Positions 60,169 to 64,000 of a stretch of 64,000 nucleotides of DNA are shown here, piece after piece. The stretch's first letter is position 1. Every line of letters begins with the position of its first letter. The position numbers and the translations under genes are program-made. Under the pieces are notes generated by a model. That model was not told the origin of the DNA and ran no database searches. It saw only the letters and a list, made by a program, of their open reading frames with translations. Origin of the DNA: an uncultured virus (IMG/VR IMGVR_UViG_3300042988_001938) (Duplodnaviria > Heunggongvirae > Uroviricota > Caudoviricetes); IMG/VR virus record IMGVR_UViG_3300042988_001938. The stretch is one strand, 5' to 3'.

Positions 60169-61209
60169 TTAGGTCGGTCCACACCCCTCTTTAAAGGCTC
60201 CTGCAGGGAGTTTCCATGTTCCCTCTGGCATAATGATGTCGTGAGGGTAAACTCTTGCCATAGCCAACGCTTTTCTCTCTGGGGTGATGTCTGCATAGGG
60301 AGTTCCCTTTGCAACCAATTCCTCAACACTTTCCTTACGCTTGATGGTCACACCAAACTCTTTCTCGTAGTCTGCAATCTCTTGGGTTCCATCTGGGTCA
60401 ATTGCGTATGCGCTTGCGAATTGGTCAGCGTTACCGAATATACACTTCATGCAAGACACTCGGCTGAATCCCATCTCGTATGCAACGTGAGGGCGAATTC
60501 TCCATCGTTCAATAATCGCCCAGACTTCATGCTCTGTCCAGTCACGAATTGGTCGGAAGTGGTCAACATATCGGGGAGACTTTCCATTTCGTAGGTCACT
60601 TCGGTCAGCTTCCAGAATGTTGTACTTCCCTCTGGCACTACTCTCTTCTCCACGTTCTCCTGTGAGGACTAGCGTTCTAAGTCCTTCGAATCTGTTTTGG
60701 TTTCGAATTGCAGAAGCGCAAATGTCAATCTTAAGGTATGCACTGCACCAGCGAGTTGAAAGGTCTGCTGAAACTTGCGGGAACTTTCGTCTGGTGTTGT
60801 TGTATCGCTCACCCTTACGGCTCTCAAGCTTCACAAGGTTGAAGTTCTCGTCTTCGAAGTAAATGTCACCAGTTGACTGGTTATCTCGAAGCATCTCTCT
60901 CTTGAATCCACCCTCTCTCCATGAGAAGTAAATCGGGAAGTTGAATGCACCAGCGAACGCCATGCAATACCCCTTTGTAATCGGCCAGTCCATGAAGTTT
61001 CGCTCGTTGGTGGCTACTTCTCCGTCAATGTCATGGTGCCAGAGTTCAATCTTGCTTGAGTCAACTCCTTGCTCCAGTAGATGCAGAACAAGCGCAATCG
61101 AGTCTTTGCCTCCAGAGAAACACACAATGTACTTGTCATAGTTGTGAATGTCTCCCAGCATAGCCATCGCCTGCTCTTTGGTTTGAATTAGTTTTTCGTT
61201 TTCTTGCAC
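60169..61209 (-). CDS. phosphoadenosine phosphosulfate reductase family protein
   Basis: FSGGKDS PP-loop, RWCSAYLK, GERGEESSAR, RVSCMKC. Confidence 0.85.
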   Translation of the reverse strand: MQENEKLIQTKEQAMAMLGDIHNYDKYIVCFSGGKDSIALVLHLLEQGVDSSKIELWHHDIDGEVATNERNFMDWPITKGYCMAFAGAFNFPIYFSWREGGFKREMLRDNQSTGDIYFEDENFNLVKLESRKGERYNNTRRKFPQVSADLSTRWCSAYLKIDICASAIRNQNRFEGLRTLVLTGERGEESSARGKYNILEADRSDLRNGKSPRYVDHFRPIRDWTEHEVWAIIERWRIRPHVAYEMGFSRVSCMKCIFGNADQFASAYAIDPDGTQEIADYEKEFGVTIKRKESVEELVAKGTPYADITPERKALAMARVYPHDIIMPEGTWKLPAGAFKEGCGPT

Positions 61210-61289
61210 GTCTTATTTCGTTTGGTTACATCTATCTAACAACCAGAATCTCAAAAATCACAAAGGGAGACCTAAGTCTCCCATTGTTT

Positions 61290-62006
61290 TTAGCAATTAT
61301 TTTTTACCAACTTTTCAAGCTCAGCCTTTAATGCTCTTTCATTTTCAGGAAAACCACCCATCAAAATAATGTAATCAGCTACAGCTTTTTTCATTTTTTT
61401 GTGATTATACTTAGGGTTTCTCATAACTCTAACAACAGCACGTCTACAAAAAGCCTTGTCTGGTAAGTATTGGTTCAAGTCAACCATCTGAGAAATAATC
61501 TTGTCAGAGTTTTCCTCATTTGGAAACTTCATTGTTCCTTTTCTGTAGTCAGCTTGGTCAGAAGTCCCCAAGTAAGCTTCAAGAAGTGGTGTAATTTGAA
61601 AACCAGTTTCTTTTTGAATCTGTGTTAACTTTACATACTCTTCAATAGCCATGTCAGACCATACTTGCAAGAAGTTAGAAGTTCCCCAAGACTTTGCGCT
61701 AGTATTTAACTCAGCAATGAATTGTGCAGCTTCCTTTTTTGTATTCAACTCAGTCAATTCAAAACGAATCGGAATACCTAGTTGTTGAGCGGCTGCAAGT
61801 CTGTGCTGTCCATCAACAACATAGTATCTCATCACACCGTCAATGAATTTTGTCTTAATAATCTGAATCACGCCTTTGAAGCCGTTTTTCTTCATACTCT
61901 CAACCAATTTTTTAACATGAGCCTTATCAACTTTACGGTTGAATTTCAACAAGTGAAAAATTGAATAATCAGTTGTTTCGAAATAAGTTACATTTTTAAA
62001 ATTCAT
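61290..62006 (-). CDS. ParB-like N-terminal domain protein
   Basis: NRKVDKAHVKKLVESM...VVDGQHRLAAA. Confidence 0.8.
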   Translation of the reverse strand: MNFKNVTYFETTDYSIFHLLKFNRKVDKAHVKKLVESMKKNGFKGVIQIIKTKFIDGVMRYYVVDGQHRLAAAQQLGIPIRFELTELNTKKEAAQFIAELNTSAKSWGTSNFLQVWSDMAIEEYVKLTQIQKETGFQITPLLEAYLGTSDQADYRKGTMKFPNEENSDKIISQMVDLNQYLPDKAFCRRAVVRVMRNPKYNHKKMKKAVADYIILMGGFPENERALKAELEKLVKNNC

Positions 62007-62307
62007 AGTCTCTCTTTTTATTTGTTTACATCACTCTAACAACTGAAATTTCAAAAATCACAAAAATTATAAATCTATTTGTTTTTTTATTATAAATTTA
62101 GAAAATTGTGCAAACCCAGAGTTTAATGCAGGCTGGAGTCTACTCTTCCGACTGTATTTCAAAGCCAGGCCCCTTTTATATAGCTCTAACAACTGGAATC
62201 TCAAAAATCACAAAACCCCCAGTTGGTAGGCTGGGGGTCTCGCTGGACTAAACAAACAGGGCTAACCAGCCCACCTGCACGCAGCAGGTCTCGACAAACA
62301 AACTTTT

Positions 62308-63758
62308 TTATTTATTTTCAGTTACGCTTTTAATAGCGTCAATGTAATCTTTCTGCAACTTCTCTGCTCCTGCCTCATCTACCGTCTTCAACTTGGCAAT
62401 AAGGTCATTTACACCACAACCCTTAACAGGAAGTGTTTTATTTTTGATGGCTTTCAGTTTTGTCTTGATAGCCTTCTCTAGGTCGTCTGCGTAACTCATC
62501 TTAGTTCTCTTCTTTAATTTCAACTGTCAAAATACCGTCTGTGTTAATATCTTTAGGCAACTCAACCTCTGTGTTGTAGACATTTGAAATTTGAAGTGCT
62601 CGACCAATTTCAATCAGGCGTACCGCTAGTTGGTCTACTGACCCACTTCCTGAAATGTTTATGTTTAAGTTCTTTGCCATTTTACTTTCTTTACTTATCT
62701 AACAACCCGTTTCTCAAAAATCACAGAGTTTATTTTGTTAACTTTTCAATCAACTCATTTGGAGTTCCTTTCCAAGTTTTTCCACCAATAGAAACTTCAA
62801 TTTCGCAGTTTTCTCTTCTTTTATAAGATTCACCAAAACCCTCAAAAGCATCCACAGAAATGTAATCTTCATGTGAGTTGTTTTCAGAGCCGCCCACAAA
62901 AGAAACAACTTGTCCTTTGTTTTCTTGGTAAGAAGGGCTTCCGCCTCTAACACCTGTAACTTTTAAGTTTATTTTTGCGCTCATAAATTCGTTTTTAACT
63001 CTAACCACTCGTTTCTCAAAAATCACAAATCAAATGTTTGACTGTGCAATAATTTCCTTTGCTTCATTGGTGAACTCATCATCACTCAAAGCCAATAGTC
63101 GGTCTTTCTCTTCTTCGTCAAACCAAACTGAAACAGCAACAACGTTGTCAGTTACAAGAGCAAGGTTAAATAATCCCTTTGCCATAAGGTTTCCTTCGTT
63201 AAGGCGAATATCGTTTACTTGTCTTAAAACATTCATGTCTATATCATTTGGTTACAAGACTCTAACAACTCGTTTCTCAAAAATCACAAATTACTTATGA
63301 CTTTTTATATATTCCATTTTTTTAGCCAAGGCTTCTTTCATCATGTCCTCAGTGAACCAAGAAAACATTCTGCTGTCAATTACCATGTGAACGAATGTCT
63401 CCACATGAACAACAAAAAATGAACCAGCTGGCTTAACTTCAATTTTGTACTTGTGAGGAATTCCACCGCTACAACTCCAAGAACCATTTTCTTTAATAAA
63501 GCAAGAAATTGTTTCTAAGTTTTCATTGTAGTCAAGACTTTGAGTGTGGACGTGCCAAGCAAGGTCGTTCTTGCTAATTCTCTCCCATCTGTTCCAATTA
63601 CTTGTATGCTCCGAATAGAACCCGTTAAGGAGGTCTGTAACATATCGTGCAACGTCCTCAAGAGTTGGAAGTGTTATTGAACTTGTTCCCTCTTGCGCAG
63701 AAACATATGAAGTTCCCGTTGCGTGTAAATTGTTTGCTTCAAATTTTATTAGTTCCAT
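62308..63758 (-). other. Small hypothetical genes (62308-62499, 62730-62984, 63030-63236, 63291-63758)
   Basis: ORFs between array repeats. Confidence 0.65.
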
Positions 63759-63847
63759 GTTACTCTAACAACTCAGTTCTCAAAAATCACAAAGGGAGAG
63801 AAAAACTTCCCTCCCCTTGCAACATGAAAACAAACAACAAACTTTAG

Positions 63848-63922
63848 TGGCACATCAGGGATTCGAACCCAATCAACCTATTATTTCAGTTGCGCCTTCA
63901 CTAGGGAAGCCAATCATGTGCC
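63848..63922 (-). tRNA. degenerate tRNA-like element
   Basis: GGCACAT/ATGTGCC acceptor and GGG-TTCGAAT-CCC T arm; D and anticodon arms non-canonical. Confidence 0.5.
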
Positions 63923-64000
63923 GTTTTTTAAGCAGGGAGAATTAACTCCACTGCTTCATTTTTTCTGTGAAGTATGTTACAACTTCGGGAATGTATTTTT

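Larger units (their letters stand above)
25557..63791 (-). promoter_or_regulatory. Dispersed 27-bp repeat (~65 copies), TGTGATTTTTGA-N7-GTTGTTAG on - strand; putative phage early promoter / cassette boundary
   Basis: + strand CTAACAAC-N7-TCAAAAATCACA (some copies with 1-2 mismatches) starting at 25557,25736,25982,26778,28262,28832,29139,29400,32447,32626,33425,33704(degenerate),33942,36317,37281,37678,38164,38716,39582,39959,40087,41761,42234,42783,43185,43687,44339,45240,45703,46243,46591,47667,48141,48566,49301,50096,50431,51259,51620,52179,52669,53087,53523,54483,55042,55522,55696,56027,56431,57371,57986,58110,58593,58807,59118,59324,59632,60079,61236,62036,62186,62699,63001,63262,63765; all at gene boundaries and in the same orientation. 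Confidence 0.85.

Noticed and set aside
35872..63026. ORF-track N-termini such as MIFE..VVR, MRLQLL and MKFWLL, and + strand ORFs containing SNN..KNH or LTT..SKIT
   Set aside because: These are translations of the repeat itself; true starts lie downstream and the antisense ORFs are shadows.
25557..63791. CRISPR array interpretation of the 27-bp repeat
   Set aside because: Intervals are about 100-3000 bp and contain whole genes, the repeat has a variable centre, and no cas genes are present.
25557..63791. Classical integron attC sites (GTTAGAT resembles the GTTRRRY core)
   Set aside because: No RYYYAAC inverse core, no attC-type palindrome and no integrase in the window; the fixed spacing to ATG fits a promoter better.
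1..64000. Genome-wide TAG reassignment (genetic code 15)
   Set aside because: Coding density is high under code 11, and TAG ends RNase H at its conserved C-terminus.

Overview
AT-rich, gene-dense segment of what looks like a large (jumbo-type) dsDNA phage, probably with a Bacteroidota host (TAnnTTTG-type promoters, A-rich non-SD leaders, Bacteroidota-type RNase H, lipoprotein signals). Genes at 1-24.4 kb run almost all on +, and genes at 25.7-64 kb almost all on -. The two arms converge on a non-coding 24.4-25.5 kb region where G/C skew flips. Recognisable products are an HNH nuclease, RNase H, a RadA-like ATPase, a DUF932 protein, an ECF sigma factor, two ParB-like proteins, a GP88-like protein, a PAPS-reductase-family protein and several tRNAs, including an amber (CUA) suppressor. 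The right 38 kb is built from about 65 same-orientation copies of a 27-bp element (TGTGATTTTTGA-N7-GTTGTTAG on -). It behaves like a promoter, often leaderless, and its TGA is also the stop codon of about 20 upstream genes, which gives a cassette-like array. Two ORF-less units in this array would encode RNAs carrying 3-4 hairpins with identical 12-nt loops. Each loop is complementary to a different short motif that recurs just upstream of start codons in specific gene blocks, which suggests an undescribed sRNA/leader-barcode regulatory system. All protein calls are from motif recognition by eye and all counts are manual.
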